A DNA stretch of 63,800 bases, the filler included, from Sphacelaria rigidula (taxonomy: Eukaryota): assembly GCA_964200075.2 (NCBI GenBank). It is 10 parts of 10 records of this genome, joined end to end, with 100 filler letters (N's around TTAATTAATTAA, not from the genome) between each part and the next. Parts side by side here need not be neighbours in the genome. Positions count along the whole stretch, not along the records: positions 44,731 to 51,020 come from CAXNAA020020984.1; positions 51,121 to 57,410 come from CAXNAA020020985.1; positions 57,511 to 63,800 come from CAXNAA020020986.1; 7 more parts are not named here. One strand, given 5' to 3'. The translations under genes were made by a program, and so were the position numbers. Under the pieces are notes generated by a model. The model was not told the DNA's origin. It did no database searches and saw nothing but the letters and a program-made list of their open reading frames with translations. Numbering within the stretch: the first letter of the stretch is position 1; every line of letters begins with the position of its first letter. Shown here in pieces: positions 47,351 through 60,741 of the stretch.

Positions 47351-47788
47351 CTGAACCGCAATGGCTCCACGCTCCCGTTGATTTGGAAGGCACAGCCCCG
47401 CAGCAATATATTTTTCTTGATACTCGACCGGCATCTGCTCCGCTGACTGATTTGTCGTGATCCCCACTTGGCGCCACGGCTGCGCGTGCGGCGCAGGCAC
47501 AGACGCCCCCGCTGGGGTAACCGGCACCGCCGGCTGATACGAATCCCCGCCAGCAGAACCGAATTGCAGCGGTACTCCGGCCGACGCAGCAGCGGATCCG
47601 AATTTCAGCTGAAATCCGGCCGGCTCAGCAGCAGGCGTCTCGCCTTGCTCTGCTGCCGACCGCGTCGGCACCGAGCCCGACACTAGAGTGGTCGGTTCCA
47701 CCTGCACCGCCCGTTGCGGAGCAGCAGCCCCTGCGGCTGGGCCAGACCCAGAACCGGACCCATGCTGACACCGCTGCCCCTGCTGTTG

Positions 47789-48760
47789 CTACTGCTGGGA
47801 ACTCGACTGCACGCCTCCACCGCTGGAAGATCCACCTCCGCCACCACCCCGATTACCTTTTCCTCCTTTGTGATTGCGAGGGCGCGCGGCACTCGTCTGC
47901 CTAGACTCCCCCTCGGAAGGCGTTGGGCACTTGCGTGCGTAGTGGCCTACCTGGCCACACTGAAAGCAAGTAATATTGGCGGCGGCACTGCCGGCGGACT
48001 TTGATCCGCGGTTACGCGAGCTCGAAGACTGCGGCGACGGAGTGGATGATTTCCCGAATACTTCAATCTTCCGCCATGCCTGAGCCTCAGCCACCACGGT
48101 ATCCATAACTAGGTACAGGTCTGACTTCTAATTAGTTTCGTACTGTAATTTCACACGCACGGCCTGTTTGAATTCCGGCGGTGCCAGACCCTCCACCATC
48201 GCTTTCGTGATCACCGCAGCGGGCCCTTGACGAAATTCCCCATCGGAGGAACGATAAACCATCTCGACGTTGGGATTTTCCGGAAAGCATGTCTCCAACT
48301 TTCCCATGATCGGCTCCATCCTCTCATGCATGGTCTTTCCCTTGTGGTTCATGGAGACAGCCTTCGCCACGGCCGCGGGCGCCTGGATTAGCTCTACCTC
48401 AGCGCCCGCCGCATGCCCTGCATGCTTCTTGATCGCTGCAGCCAATTGCAGCGGCGTTATTGTGTTCTTCTCATGGAATCTTCTCGCAAAAACGCGTTGG
48501 AGGGGGGTAGGCACGAGTTGCGCCATGGAGACCACCTGATGCCTTACCGCACCCCCCGCATTCGCATGCTCTACCCGCTTCTTGTATTCCACGTATTTCG
48601 TATAAAACGAACGAGAAGCACACTCAGAATACAAATCCCCGTAACTGGGAAGCCGCAACTTTTCTCTTAAAACAACTGGGGCCACGGTCGTCTCCGCTGG
48701 CTCTTCGGCCGGTACCTCTTTAGTCGACAAATGCCGAGATAACCCCCATAGAAAGTGCAC
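47789..48760 (-). pseudogene. Gypsy gag relic with CCHC zinc knuckle
   Basis: ORF 48128-48760 plus ORF 47789-48106, which contains CFQCGQVGHYARKC (CX2CX4HX4C). Confidence 0.85.
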
Positions 48761-49541
48761 CGGAGACCGTCCGACAAACCCACTGCGATCCCACTATTGG
48801 ACTCGTTTGCAGCAACTTCGCCCACATGAGAGGCGTGTAGCATTCCGAAATTAGCTATCACGCCCAAATAAGTCGCGCCGTGCAGCACGAAACCAGCTCT
48901 AACGGTATTTACGGTCATCGCCTCAGTGCACGTTTTTTGCCGGTTCGGGGGTGGGGGCTATCCGGGCAGCAGTCAGTCGACATTTCCGAGCGTCACAGTC
49001 CTCAGCTACACGCTGGTCATCGAACACAAGTCTATCACGCGGATCCAAATCCATCAACGTGGAATCCACCTCCCTTGAAGCAGAGATTCCCACGGAGCAT
49101 TACTTTTTCCCGCCGTAGCACGGTGTGGCAGGTAGGATCGACATAAGTATTGCACACATGACAACCTCGGCCCAAACAGTGCCAACAGCCTCGAGACACT
49201 GCACTTTTGTTGGGCACGCTGCTTTGCCTATCAGCGGATACAGCAGTCGCGGCGCGTCGGCCAGCCGCTGACGACAGTTTCTGTGTTCTTTGCAAAACCA
49301 TGCGCTTGTTCCGGAGGTTTGCCTCCCGAATAGAGGAACAGCAACTCTGCCCGTGCACGAAGACAAGCTTTGTCACCACACTATGGTGACCACAGCACCT
49401 CTTTTTCACGCAGTTCTCACTACGTTTTGAAGTCCTCCGTAGACTCGTTGCCTGATGCCATCTTTCCAACAGTCTCCTGTCACCGCAGCCACCTTGGATT
49501 TGTGTGGCCTGCGTCTTTCTCTCCGCCGTTTCCTCTCCCCC

Positions 49542-49884
49542 TGTTATGCAACGTGAGCGTCCTTGGTTTCTACAGACTGTAGGGTGCGACGTCAAATCAA
49601 CCTAATACAGAAACCGACTAGTTTCCTGAATGAACGTTTATTGTAGGCTTGTCTGAAAGCAGAACAAGGTCACAGTGCTGCTCCAGAGGCTTCCTCCCTG
49701 TCAAGGGTTCCAGAGACTGCAAGACTAGAGCAGTTACACAGACAGCTGTCTTCGTTAAAACCAGAGGTGACCTTTTTCTCCTTGTGCACACATCACATGT
49801 CAAGCAGTCATAGTCATAGTCCAGAGGATATCCCATGACCAAACCTCATGTAACCTCATATCCAGTTTATCATATACCTGCACA
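49542..49884 (-). repeat. Putative 5' LTR of the Gypsy element
   Basis: The minus strand begins TGTGCAGG at 49884, contains AATAAA (~49640) and has CA-ending candidates at 49578 and 49542. There is no second LTR or clear PBS to confirm it. Confidence 0.35.
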
Positions 49885-50928
49885 TGTACTATAGGTGGAC
49901 ACCCGGCCTGCTGTCCCCTAGTTTATTGCCGAGGTGTTGGCGGAAGATCCTTGGCACGGAGACCGCTGAGACGACGGACACCCCGCCCGCTCCGAGTTCA
50001 TCTTCAGCAGTTTCTTCTACTAGCGAAGGCTCCGATGTATCTTCTGGAGCGGGGTGTAGAAGGGGAGAGGGGGTAGCAAAAGGTGGTGGGTGAGTAGTAA
50101 CAGTAGCGAGACATCGGGCGAAAACGTGGAACAATCGATGCGCATGAATAAGCGGGCTAGACTGATTCGGGCCAACCTTCGCCACGTATAGTAGATCACT
50201 CACCATGACTGCATTTATGGGATCATGTTCCATGTCGTGTGCCGTCCATGTCGTGTGCCTCGACTACCTACCACCAACCCGGGCAAATTTGGCGAGGCGT
50301 GAGACGATGTTGCTACTTTGGCTACAGGCTGTCGCGACCGTGCGCTCGTGTAATAGATGTGTGTTAGCGTTGCCGGCATCCGAGGTCATCGAGACAGGGC
50401 GGGTGCGGCTGGGGTCTCTCAGTATGAGTGCCAGGAGATACCATGGTGCCAACCCACCAAGCTCCCACGTGGGCAACTTCACACAGACCTTTAGCTGTCC
50501 ATCAAGAACAATCACAAGTAGGTCCGTCCATGTTAGACTGTTGATTAAAAACTCACGTGTTTCATGGCCTCATGTTAAATCTACAAGCAGCTCTCTTACT
50601 CAGTACAGCCGCGGGGCAGCCACAGGAGCAGAGCGTAGTGATGGCCCAGGGTAGACCACGGCAAGGGCAGTAACTGTTTGAGATGGGGCAACGCGGTGTG
50701 CGGCCGGGGCTGAACAACCCTAACTAATGACAGTAGCAAACGCAGTAACAATGCGTCACGGAATCCAGGGTCTACGAGCAGAACCGCACAGATTATAGCG
50801 TGCGACGCCTCTGAGCTTCATCACACGGGCGAGGAGCAGAAGCAAATATACGAGCCTCGCAAAGTCCGCCAGACTTTTCGGTTTTCGTCAGTGTTTGTTG
50901 ATCATTTTCTTTCGACAATATCATCATC

Positions 50929-50938
50929 AACAACAACA

Positions 50939-51020
<82 letters not shown>
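50929..51020. repeat. Compound (AAC)n/(GAC)n microsatellite
   Basis: Direct reading. Confidence 0.95.
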
Positions 51021-51120
51021 NNNNNNNNNNNNNNNNNNNNNNNNNNNNNNNNNNNNNNNNNNNNTTAATTAATTAANNNNNNNNNNNNNNNNNNNNNNNN
51101 NNNNNNNNNNNNNNNNNNNN
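51021..51120. other. Artificial contig linker
   Basis: N44-TTAATTAATTAA-N44. Confidence 0.98.
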
Positions 51121-51251
51121 CACGACATTGTCGCTCTCCACTGTTGAGCATGGTAAAAGAAACAATCCAAGATCGCTCCGGGAATCGAACCCCACAACTC
51201 AACCATCAGAAGGTTACGAGGTTACCAACGGAGGCACCAAGGCGACCGGCT
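51121..51251 (-). mobile_element. tRNA-derived SINE, family 2
   Basis: Reverse complement agccggtcgccttggtgcctccgttggtaacctcgtaaccttctgatggttgagttgtgggttcgattcccggagcgatc aligns to the 33771 copy, including the body. Confidence 0.75.
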
Positions 51252-53026
51252 TTACTGTGCTACCCAAATCTCCGGGGACAGGACATGGAAATGCACACAG
51301 GGGCCTTCTCGTGAATCAGCATCATTTTCAGTGTTTTACAAGTGAAAATGATGCTGATTCTCAAACTGATCCCTGTAACACCCCGACAAACATTTTCGTT
51401 CAAAAAGTGCAACCCTACCGTAGCATCACTCAGCGATCCATCTCTGCCTTGAATTCTTCTCGTTTCGCGGTACCTGCATAGCGTGGCGCGGGTGCGGTGA
51501 TGCGTCGGGAGTCCGGAAAGCAAACTCATTGTACGTCACGATACATCGTTTGTAAGTCACTGTGCTTCCGCATCTCGCGCCCCGGTGTCACAGGACAAAT
51601 GATATGGCGGTATGTTCACACGAGGAGAAGAGTACGTGTTGGGATCAGTGATCATCCCCTTTATCGCGGGTGTTATATGAACTAAACGTGGATATCGCAG
51701 ATCATTTGTAGAGAGCTTTGCTAGCGGAAGTGCATAGTTATAATGAAAAAAAACTTCTGAAATTTCTTGCTATTTTTTCCTCAATTTGTTTTCGCGTTTT
51801 GTGTCGGGGGTGGGGGATAAATGAACTCTGCTGTCGGGGATCACGTTAGTTTTCACCTCCAACGTTTGAATTGTGCTTACAGACTCAGCGTGGAGAACCA
51901 CAGAGCTATGCTGAATAAATGAAGAGAGTGAGCTTCTATGTTTGTTGGTGACAGGTTCGGGGTTTCTCGGTAAACATTTTTGGTCGTTATCGTACGAAAA
52001 TGTCCTCAACCATTGAAAAAGAAGTGATTACCAATCTGACCCACAATCGACTATATTATTATGCCCCGGTGAGGTCCCCGACAAAAGTTTCATAACATGA
52101 GCACCAAATGTGTGGCCTGCGAAATACTGGGCCGAATTCCGACCGACACGATTACACAGCGGTATCTCAACTTTGAGAGTTGGACTCGAACTTTAGTGTG
52201 GACGATGTATGGAGCAGAATTACAAAAACAATTTTGACCGACCGTGAGATCTTGTACTTTTTACGTGATTCAACCGCATTTTTCAGAGACTGGATTCCAC
52301 GACCCAGATATGACCTGAATCAGCCTAGAAGCAGGCATATACTTGAGTCCATTTTCACGGCAATTTTGGGAGTTGATCCCTGACATTTGAGATGGGCGAT
52401 AAAAAAGGGCATGATGACTGAAAAAATGGACGGATCCCAACTTTGTTTTCAATTCTTTGGCAGAAGTTCGAGGCCAAAATCACGCCAAACTCGTGAGTGG
52501 CTCTGGTTGTTCTCAATTTGCACTAGACTTGACGGATCAGATGCGAGGTGGGCCTGTCTAGGAGCGGGTTTATAGTTGACAGGCCCGTTCTGTCGTCAAA
52601 TTCGAGACTCGGGCCCTGAAATTTAGGATGTGCAATAAATGGGGACATAATTCGAGAATATAGTGACCGACGAAAATATGTTGTAATTGGTTTAATAATT
52701 TCACGGAATTTTATGAACATCTGAAAATATGTTTTAGCGTCTAAGTCTTCAACATTAGGAAAAATATTTGGGGCTGTAGATATTTTTATTGTTACGCTCG
52801 AAACACTGACAAAAACCGAAAGGTGTGGTGGCCCCTGTGGGGTCGTCTATCTGCTTCTGCACCTTTCCCCCTCTGTCCCGATGACCTCAGATGCCGGAGG
52901 GCATTTTTTTTCAATTTGTATGATTGTTTGAATTTTTTCGTGATTCTTCCCGGGAGAAATTGATCAACGAACACTGCCAATATCCGCAAAGTCTGGTGGG
53001 TTTTGTGGGGTCCATATGCTTTGTAG

Positions 53027-54406
53027 GACCCGACTTGCTGCCCTCCAGACTTCTAGCGGATCTGACGCCGCCCCATCTGAATGTCGACGGCGATGATGAG
53101 AAAAAAGTCATGGAAGAACTGCATCGTAGCCTGCCCTACCTCGGACATACGCTGAAGGTTTGAACCTCTTGTTGCATCGACTACACTAACTTCTCGATCG
53201 TACCGATCCCATAGATTGTGCCCCTCTTTTTCCTTTCCTGCGGGGTCGAAACAATGCCGTAAAACACTTGAAGCAATAAAATAGCTCAAACGGAACAATG
53301 TTGAAACGTAACAGCCATAGTATTCGGCCTCTGAGAAAATGTTTTTCAGTAAAATTCGCAAACATTTGTGTAACTCTTCGCCGACCGCAAAAAAATGGAG
53401 CCAATTCAAAATTGTCAAGAAATTACAGCATCAGTTCCTTTACCAAGAAACTTTCATGTATGCCAAAAAACAATCACACAAGAACAAGAAATGCAAGAAA
53501 TAGATCCCGAGAATGAATTTAGGATGAGGACATCAGGAGAATATATATATATAAGATATAATAATATGACCGTGATAATCGCTGGAACAACTCTCATGGA
53601 AAACTGTCTTCGTCCCGAAAGACATCATGCCATTTTTTTAATGTTCTCACTGCATCGAGCTACTGTCCTATCTGAAATTTGGCTACCGATTGTTTTGACC
53701 GCTGCTCTTCCGTTGAACATCGCCGGTTAGCCCCGCGATCCGAACATCAACGAGTTATTCGTCATTACACCGCCTTCGGGAACAAGCCTGAAGCACATGG
53801 ACATCGCATGCTGGGGGCAGCTAATCATTCACAACAACACCCCAGAGGCAGCGGTGGAATCCCTGACAGACGAGGAAGTGGAACACCAATACGTGAGGTT
53901 GGTTTTGGTGGCAACCAATCGTCAGTTCTCGCGGATGCTGGCGAGAGGGAAGGAGTTATGCCGACCTCGCGCCGCCCTATACATGAGACTAGACCGTACC
54001 TGTCCCTTGTATCACCTGTCGTGGGACGAGGGGGACGAAGACGCCCTCCTTAACATGGAGCCGTCGGTCCCGCAGGGGGGCAGCCGAGATGCAATGCTGG
54101 ATACTGTAAAGGGCAGGAGGGAAGGGGGGCAAGTATGTCATGTGCGCCACCATCAAGAATGTCAAAGCTATCACCAGTAGGAACGATCACAAGAGCCCCC
54201 TCTACGTCCATCCCGGGCAGTACGTCGTGGGGGAGACGGGGTTCCGGGTCCTCACTTCCGTTACCACCTCTAAGCGGAAACAGAGAAGGGCGCCGAACGA
54301 TGTTGAGGGGGATGAAGGCGCCGATCCCGACAGTGAAGACGAAGATAGTGTAGATGGTGCCAGCGGCGACAAGAACTCCGGCGGCGAAGAAAGTACTGCT
54401 GAGTAG
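53027..54406 (+). pseudogene. Uncharacterised spliced gene (exons 53027-53157 and 53731-54406) with one frameshift in a G-run
   Basis: tttgtag|..PDLLPSRLLADL..GHTLK|gtttga joins in phase 0 to ttag|PRDPNINELFVITPP..HMDIACWG. A frameshift at gaaggggggc (~54125) continues into KYVMCATIKNVK and an acidic tail. Confidence 0.5.
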
Positions 54407-54725
54407 GAGTGTTGAAGAAGGGTGAAAGCAACAACGAGAGTTGCGGGATGATTGATGGTCAAGTAGGTGATGGTGGCGTTGTTGGTGGTGGTGGCGCTAG
54501 TGGTGATGCCGGATTGACACGACGACATCATTGGGTGGGCGTTAGTGTTATTCTGGTTTCCCCTTCGTAAAGTAGACGTCGGTGGCTGGTTGGTCTTCCG
54601 TTGCAGACGGCAAGACGCGTGGCAGTTAGGCGACTAGGGCACAGAGGGGATAGGCAAGAGTGTTGAGGCGTGATGTGGACCATTTTTGTTCGCCATTGCC
54701 GCAGGCGTTTCCAAGTTTTATTTTT

Positions 54726-54945
54726 GTTGATCCACTCCGATTGTTGGCCATGCCCGCTCCTTGCCCAGGGCGGAAGAGCAGGTAAAGAAATAAGTGCATC
54801 CGTTGATCCACTCCGATTGTTGGCCATGCCCGCTCCTTGTCCAGGGCGGCAGAGCAGGTAAAGAGATAAGTGCATCCGTTGATCCACTCCGATTGTTGGC
54901 CATGCCCGCTCCTTGTCCAGGGCGGCAGAGCAGGTGAAGAAATAA
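54726..54945. repeat. Tandem repeat, ~2.9 x 76 bp
   Basis: gttgatccactccgattgttggccatgcccgctccttg.. starts at 54726, 54802 and 54878. Confidence 0.92.
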
Positions 54946-57267
54946 TTTCAGAAATACACGAAAAAGAAGGCATTGCTCTTGCGCCGCCGACAAACAGCAG
55001 GACACAATCGCCCAAGTACTCGCTTTGCATCACGTGCGAGTTGATAGTCGCAGTCGATCGTGTGGAAAGCATCCTTCCGTGTGACGTCCACACATTGTTG
55101 ATGGTAGATGGCACATACCGCACACAACGCACACAGATGCAAACCCATGTTAGCTGCCACACACCATGCCGTGCGGCCACGGAAGCGGTACGGCAGCGAT
55201 TAGACTACTGTATTCTTGAAGGAACACACGAAGGGCGCGGGCAAGGACCTTCTGGTCGGGCACGGGTTCTCCGGTGTCATCGTCGGCGACACGCCTACGG
55301 GTAGCCACGCCAGCTTTCGAAACTACGTGGCACCCGAGGACAAGCGAAAGCGCGTTCCCTCACTGGATTGTTTCGGTCGAATTGCCGAAATCCCAAATAT
55401 AGGTTGAACCCCATTTTCGTGATGAATCCCATTTTTTAGGATCCTCTGTTAAGGCTCAATTTCAAGTTTTTTTCCCATTAAACTTTGACACCGTGCACAT
55501 GAGGTTTGTGCGAAGACCCTACTCCCCTTTTCCTCGCTTCTTTTTCTCTTCAAGTTAAGTTATCGACGATAATTCCTCTGAGGCCCTTAGGGCTGAAAAA
55601 GATTCTTCTACTGAAACCGAAATTAAAAGTTGTCCGTCCGTCCGTCTGTCCGTCCATCCGTGCCTCATTATGAAGCTCCAAACCACGCACTCTTTTTCCC
55701 GAATTGATTCGAAGCCGCGCTGCGCGAAAAACACATCCCATCGCTCTTCTAACATCAATCGAGACGCCCGCAACAAGTTTCAGCTTCTTTGGTGCTCATG
55801 GCGTTGTGTTTCGCTGCTGTCTCTGGGCGCGCACGAGTACACCCCATCTCGACCCCTATTGGCCAGAGCGAGTCTCAATTGAACTTCTCAGACTTAACTA
55901 TAACAATTTCAAATGAGGCACTTTTGTAGGTTGGAGGTATCACACGCAGCAGCCGGCTCTCCGAACCAGTTTCAACACTCTCAAGAAGGCTCAGTTTATC
56001 TGCTGCATTCTTCTTTGTCTTCACTTTTACGTGCCGCCGCCGTCCGTGGCTGAGGTGGGAGGGGGTGTTAAAGTATGTGATCGACTTCCCGGTTCATTCA
56101 CGCGTGAAGCTTCACGTAGCGATAGGGGAGAGAGCAGCCACGAACCGTGATCGATTTCCCGGTTCATGACCTCGTAAAGCTTCGCATAGGGGTAGAGGAG
56201 AGAGTAACCACGAACCGGCCAGGAAACCGATGCCAGCATATGTTCATGTGAGTCCTCCCGTTGGACGGTGTAGAAGTACAGACATTGCCGACAACACCAC
56301 TGCCGAATCCGAGCTATTTGGGGTGCTGAGCGTGTGCTCTCGTACCGTTGTGTTTTCTGTAGTGTACAGGAACCTGATGTGTTCGCGAGTAGTAGTCTGC
56401 ATGTGCAACCTTGCACTACTGACCTGTCTGTGTTTGCAGAGCTGCGCTTCGCACGACTTGTCGCATGGGGTTTGACAAGCGGATAAGAAGTAGTGTTGAT
56501 GCCGTACCCTGGTGCGATGGTAATATTTTATGCTGCACTGCGCTACTATCTGTGTGTACCATCGCAGACTGTACTGTACTATTCTACCCTTTGTTGTCGC
56601 TGTACTTGAAGAGCGATGAATGACACTGCACTCGTGAAGTCTTGTCGCACACTGTGCACTGTTGTCGTAATATCGATTGTATCGTCATGTATTACCACGC
56701 GGCATCGCCGTGTACTGTGATTGTGGAGTTTACTGCACTACATTAGACCCTAGGGTACCACGGTATGACGCTACTCATGAAAGATGATTCACTGCCTGCC
56801 TGTTCTTCGACTTCATTGTGACACCGCACTCCTGCAGGAAATGATCCTCCGTAAACAAAACAATTTCAACAAATTTGTGAAACCATGACACATTCAGGAG
56901 TGCACGCGAATATGAGTCCTCCCGATTCGGCACAGATCGGGGTCCCGCCAGATTCGGGATTGGCTGCCATACAAGTTGGTCCAACGTCTCAAATTTACAA
57001 AAGGTGTGATCCGGAAAAAATAAAACGACGTGGGGTCGGTCACAAGAGAAGGTGCGGGTGGGTTCTTAATCCCCCCTTTATTGGTGAAAATATATTTTTC
57101 GCACAGAGGAAGGCTCCCACAGGGTTTTTTTCAAGTTCTTTTGAGCACCCCACCTTTGTTCTGCGGTGCTTGCCTTTCTTTTTACCCAGAGAAGGATTCA
57201 GCAATCCCTCCCCTCGTCGATCGTGAAGTCGAACTTTGTGTACGCACGACATAGTAGCTCTCCACTC

Positions 57268-57337
57268 CAGCCGGTCGCCCCGGCAGCCCAGTTGGTAAGC
57301 TCGACACCTTCTGACGGTTGGGTCGGGGGTTTGCATC
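57268..57337 (+). mobile_element. tRNA-derived SINE family 2 head, interrupted after the B box
   Basis: cagccggtcgccccggcagcccagttggtaagctcgacaccttctgacggttgggtcgggggtttgcatc, then an abrupt switch to the TGTGAC repeat. Confidence 0.7.
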
Positions 57338-57410
57338 TGTGACGCTAGCAGGTCTGCTAGTACTGCAGCGTCTAAATGCTGTTGAGGGACTCCCCAGCTC
57401 TTCTGGCCTC
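57338..57410 (+). mobile_element. Terminus of probable LTR (same as 6255-6290)
   Basis: tgtgacgctagcaggtctgctagtactgcagcgtct... runs to the contig end. Confidence 0.55.
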
Positions 57411-57510
57411 NNNNNNNNNNNNNNNNNNNNNNNNNNNNNNNNNNNNNNNNNNNNTTAATTAATTAANNNNNNNNNNNNNNNNNNNNNNNNNNNNNNNNNN
57501 NNNNNNNNNN
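57411..57510. other. Artificial contig linker
   Basis: N44-TTAATTAATTAA-N44. Confidence 0.98.
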
Positions 57511-58385
57511 TTTTTTTTTTCAACCCCATTTTCGAGAATCGGCTGTTATATTTCGAAGATCAAGTGTGGATACGAAGATTTCAATCCTCCGGGTTCTCAT
57601 TCTCAATGAATAGCACCATCCTCAACATAGATGATCGGCTGTTTACAGGTGATCCACATGAGGGACGTTTGCCCACGTGTGTGCCGTGTTCAGCTCGTCA
57701 AAGGCTCACCGCACGATCCGGTGTTCGCTGCTGACCGAGGCCGAGGCAATGCTCAAATGTTTTCAACTGCATTGATTTCATGTTCCCGTGACATCGGCGG
57801 CATAAGCGGTGTACTCGTGCTCCCAAATAAATGAGAACGCGACGAAGAGAAACACGGGGGGAAAGTACCCCGCCAACAGTCATCCTGCCGCTCGAAGTTT
57901 TTCATGAACTTGGGGAGGCTTTTGGTGTTCGGGATCGACACCCCGCGAAAAAGAGCCAGTGCGGGCGACTTCCGATGGACGTCACACGCGCCACAGGTAT
58001 TAGATGACACCCAAACCTGGAAGGTGATGTACCGGTGCGCCTTCTTCGCGACTGCAAAAGAAAGCGCGTGATGATAGTCCTTGCCGCCACAGAAAACTCG
58101 GCAAGAGTGGTGAAAAAAGTGAAATGATACGTAAATATGTGTAACATACAATAATATATAGGTAGATGATATTATGATGAATTATTTTATGAGAAAATGA
58201 TGTAGTATATCAAGGAGAGGTGTATAATTTGGACCTGCATCATGTCATGAATAATATATGCAATTTAGTATATGAAATATGGTATGAAATACAGTATATG
58301 GAAATAGCATACGAAGCATAATTAATGAAACATGATACATTCAATAAAATATGTAAGGATCTCCACTATCTACATCAAACAGTGA

Positions 58386-58660
58386 TTTCGTGTGAGTGAG
58401 AGTAGATGGTACGATTGAGAGTGGCTTTGGTCATTCGCTTAAAGTGAGTCATTTTTTTATTTCACATGTCTTTCTTCATCTCCATTACTTGCGTGTGCTT
58501 ACAGCTACACATCGATGTCCTACCCAGGGATATCAAGGGCCCCAGTGGCCAGCCATTGCAGAAAGCATGCCGGGCCTCGTGGAAGTGCATGTCGGAACTG
58601 AAACGATTCACTCACTGATGGACCGCTTTTCCCTCTCAATCGTATCATCTACTCTCAAAC
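58386..58660. mobile_element. MITE family A copy
   Basis: tttcgtgtgagtgagagtagatggtacgattgagagtgg ... ctctcaatcgtatcatctactctcaa. Confidence 0.8.
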
Positions 58661-58732
58661 TGTAGCAGCTGACCGCATACGCCAACGCTTCGGCAAAAAA
58701 ACACAGGACACACGGCTTGGTGTCCCCCCCCC

Positions 58733-59946
58733 CTAAAAGACTAGATTTTCCATCTTGGGGCCTACTTGTACTGAATTTAGTTTTTCGCTGCCCCCTGCGC
58801 CTACCGTACTAGCACTCTGAAACTGATGACGATTCAACAGATGACGTACTCCTCTCGCCGTTGTGACACGCCTATTATTGTCTCCCCCGCTCGTGTATAT
58901 ATTCCCGTACTTTCCCTGATCATGTAAATGTACTTTGTGAACCTTTCCTTGTTCATCTACAACGAACGGGCTGTTAATCGGGTTGTAAATCGAGCCCCCC
59001 AGCATATGAATACCAGATGCAGCTGCTTCCCAATCGGCATCATTTCAGAGGTTATGGGGTTACAGCGCAAGACGCGAGTGCCGACCTCATTACCGTGGAC
59101 AGACCAGTCGCGGAGGCCACTAAAAAAGCCGATATGAGTAACGTGCGCGCACCGCAGAATTGCCCAGGAAATGTTGGATGCGTGTGTCGCTTCCTCCGCC
59201 GGCAGATATTCCCCTTGAACTTGTGCCGCTGTTATCACAGTGGAGTTAGGCACTCTGTTCATATCGATGAAAAACTGTACCGAACACACTGGTACACGGG
59301 ATAGTCGCGTGCACACGTCCGTTGCGCGGTACAGTCCAGTACAAACAGGCGTGGTACATCACAGCCACAGCAACCCCAAGACAACGGACCACGGTACGAT
59401 TATAGCGAAGCATGTGGGAAAAATATACAGTGACCCGGGTTGCTGGCGGTACATCCGTTCAATGAACTTTCCCACGCAGGCATGCCGAAGGAACAAATAA
59501 ATGATGGCGATATTTTTGCACATATACATGCTGTGCTTGGCTGTGAAAGGCTGGCGAGTTTACCCCGCGTCCGCGGTACGAACTCAGCAAAGCGTACAGT
59601 GTACCATCACCCCCACGATCTTCTCCGGAGGCATGTATACGCGGGAGGAACTGTGGAGATACCTTGGCACAAACATATTTTGTTGGGCTGTGTGAAACAG
59701 ATTCACCACACTTCAAATAAGCGGCGGATTCCAGCCCGAGGCAGAACGATAGCCCTGAGTCAGAGCAGTGTGCAGGATGCTTATTTTTTCCATGTAAAAT
59801 GTGCTCCATGTTTGGTCAGATCGTCCCCTACGACAGCGACTTGATGGAGATCGAATGGTGGGGGAGCGCTTGACACTTCGACCCCTCGATTGAATGATCC
59901 CCACATGATCCCCGAACATGAAAAATTCCAGTATATGTTCAACCAT
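58733..59946 (-). pseudogene. Decayed coding-like relic, unassigned
   Basis: Overlapping minus-strand ORFs (58733-59005, 58957-59316, 59459-59809) with protein-like composition, linked by frameshifts. No family recognised. Confidence 0.25.
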
Positions 59947-60741
59947 ATGGATGGGTTTTTTTCACCGCACTGGGGTTTGGCTTCCACCTATTATTATGCT
60001 AGTAGGCCGTTTTTGCCGCTTGGTTATTTCCCCTCGTTATTTGCAAAAAACGAGTGAAAATAACAAGATGGATACTTCCGGTTGGTTATTTCACAAGATT
60101 CTCGGGAAAAAAATACAGGACGGGGCATATTTCACTAGATGGGCGCTCTCGGCTTGTTATTTCTGAATAAATACGAGACGAGATCGACGTGTATTTTCCT
60201 CTAATTTTTCCATTATTTGCGGCGCGGCGAGATCACCAAGAAGACCCGCCAGCCGTGAATATATTTGTGCCCTCCGACATCTGCGGGGCTCTCCTGATAG
60301 CAATGTCGAACATTCCCAGCGCCGTTTACACATTAGGCTGAAATTTGCTTTGCCATCCCGGCGCACGCGAGATATCGTAAGGGACTGATGATCTATTGGC
60401 ATCGATCGTTCTCCCGAAAACCGGCAGCACAGACATACCCCATGCAAAGATTACAGGATACTGTCGTCTGTGCTGTCTGTCTCATGCAGTGAGTTGTAGG
60501 TATCAGCTTGCACTCAACAACAGTAACAGTAGTAGATCATGCGTACAACGAGAGATCTGTGGACAATGTGCAATACAGACAACAGCAGGCAATATTGTGT
60601 TGTCTCTACTGTCGATTGAACAGTAGGATCCACATGCCATGCTGCACCCGACGGCTGCCGAAAATGATTTGGGCGGTGTGCAGTGCAGACAGTACGTGGT
60701 TTGTGTTGTACTGCCGCATCCAACAGTACAGTAGTAGCAAA

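Larger units (their letters stand above)
44731..49884 (-). mobile_element. Decayed Ty3/Gypsy LTR retrotransposon with chromodomain integrase (chromovirus-like), 3' end truncated by contig end
   Basis: Domain order gag - zinc knuckle - protease - (RT remnant) - RNase H remnant - integrase - chromodomain on the minus strand, with many frameshifts. Confidence 0.92.

Noticed and set aside
50793..51076. Poly-Leu/poly-Thr ORFs
   Set aside because: Translations of a trinucleotide microsatellite.
54726..54945. CRISPR-like array
   Set aside because: Whole 76-bp units repeat with no unique spacers, the context is eukaryotic, and there are no cas genes; this is a simple tandem repeat.
6291..57510. Regularly spaced TTAATTAATTAA palindromes as a biological periodic element
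   Set aside because: Embedded in N-runs at an exact 6390-bp period; these are assembly linkers.
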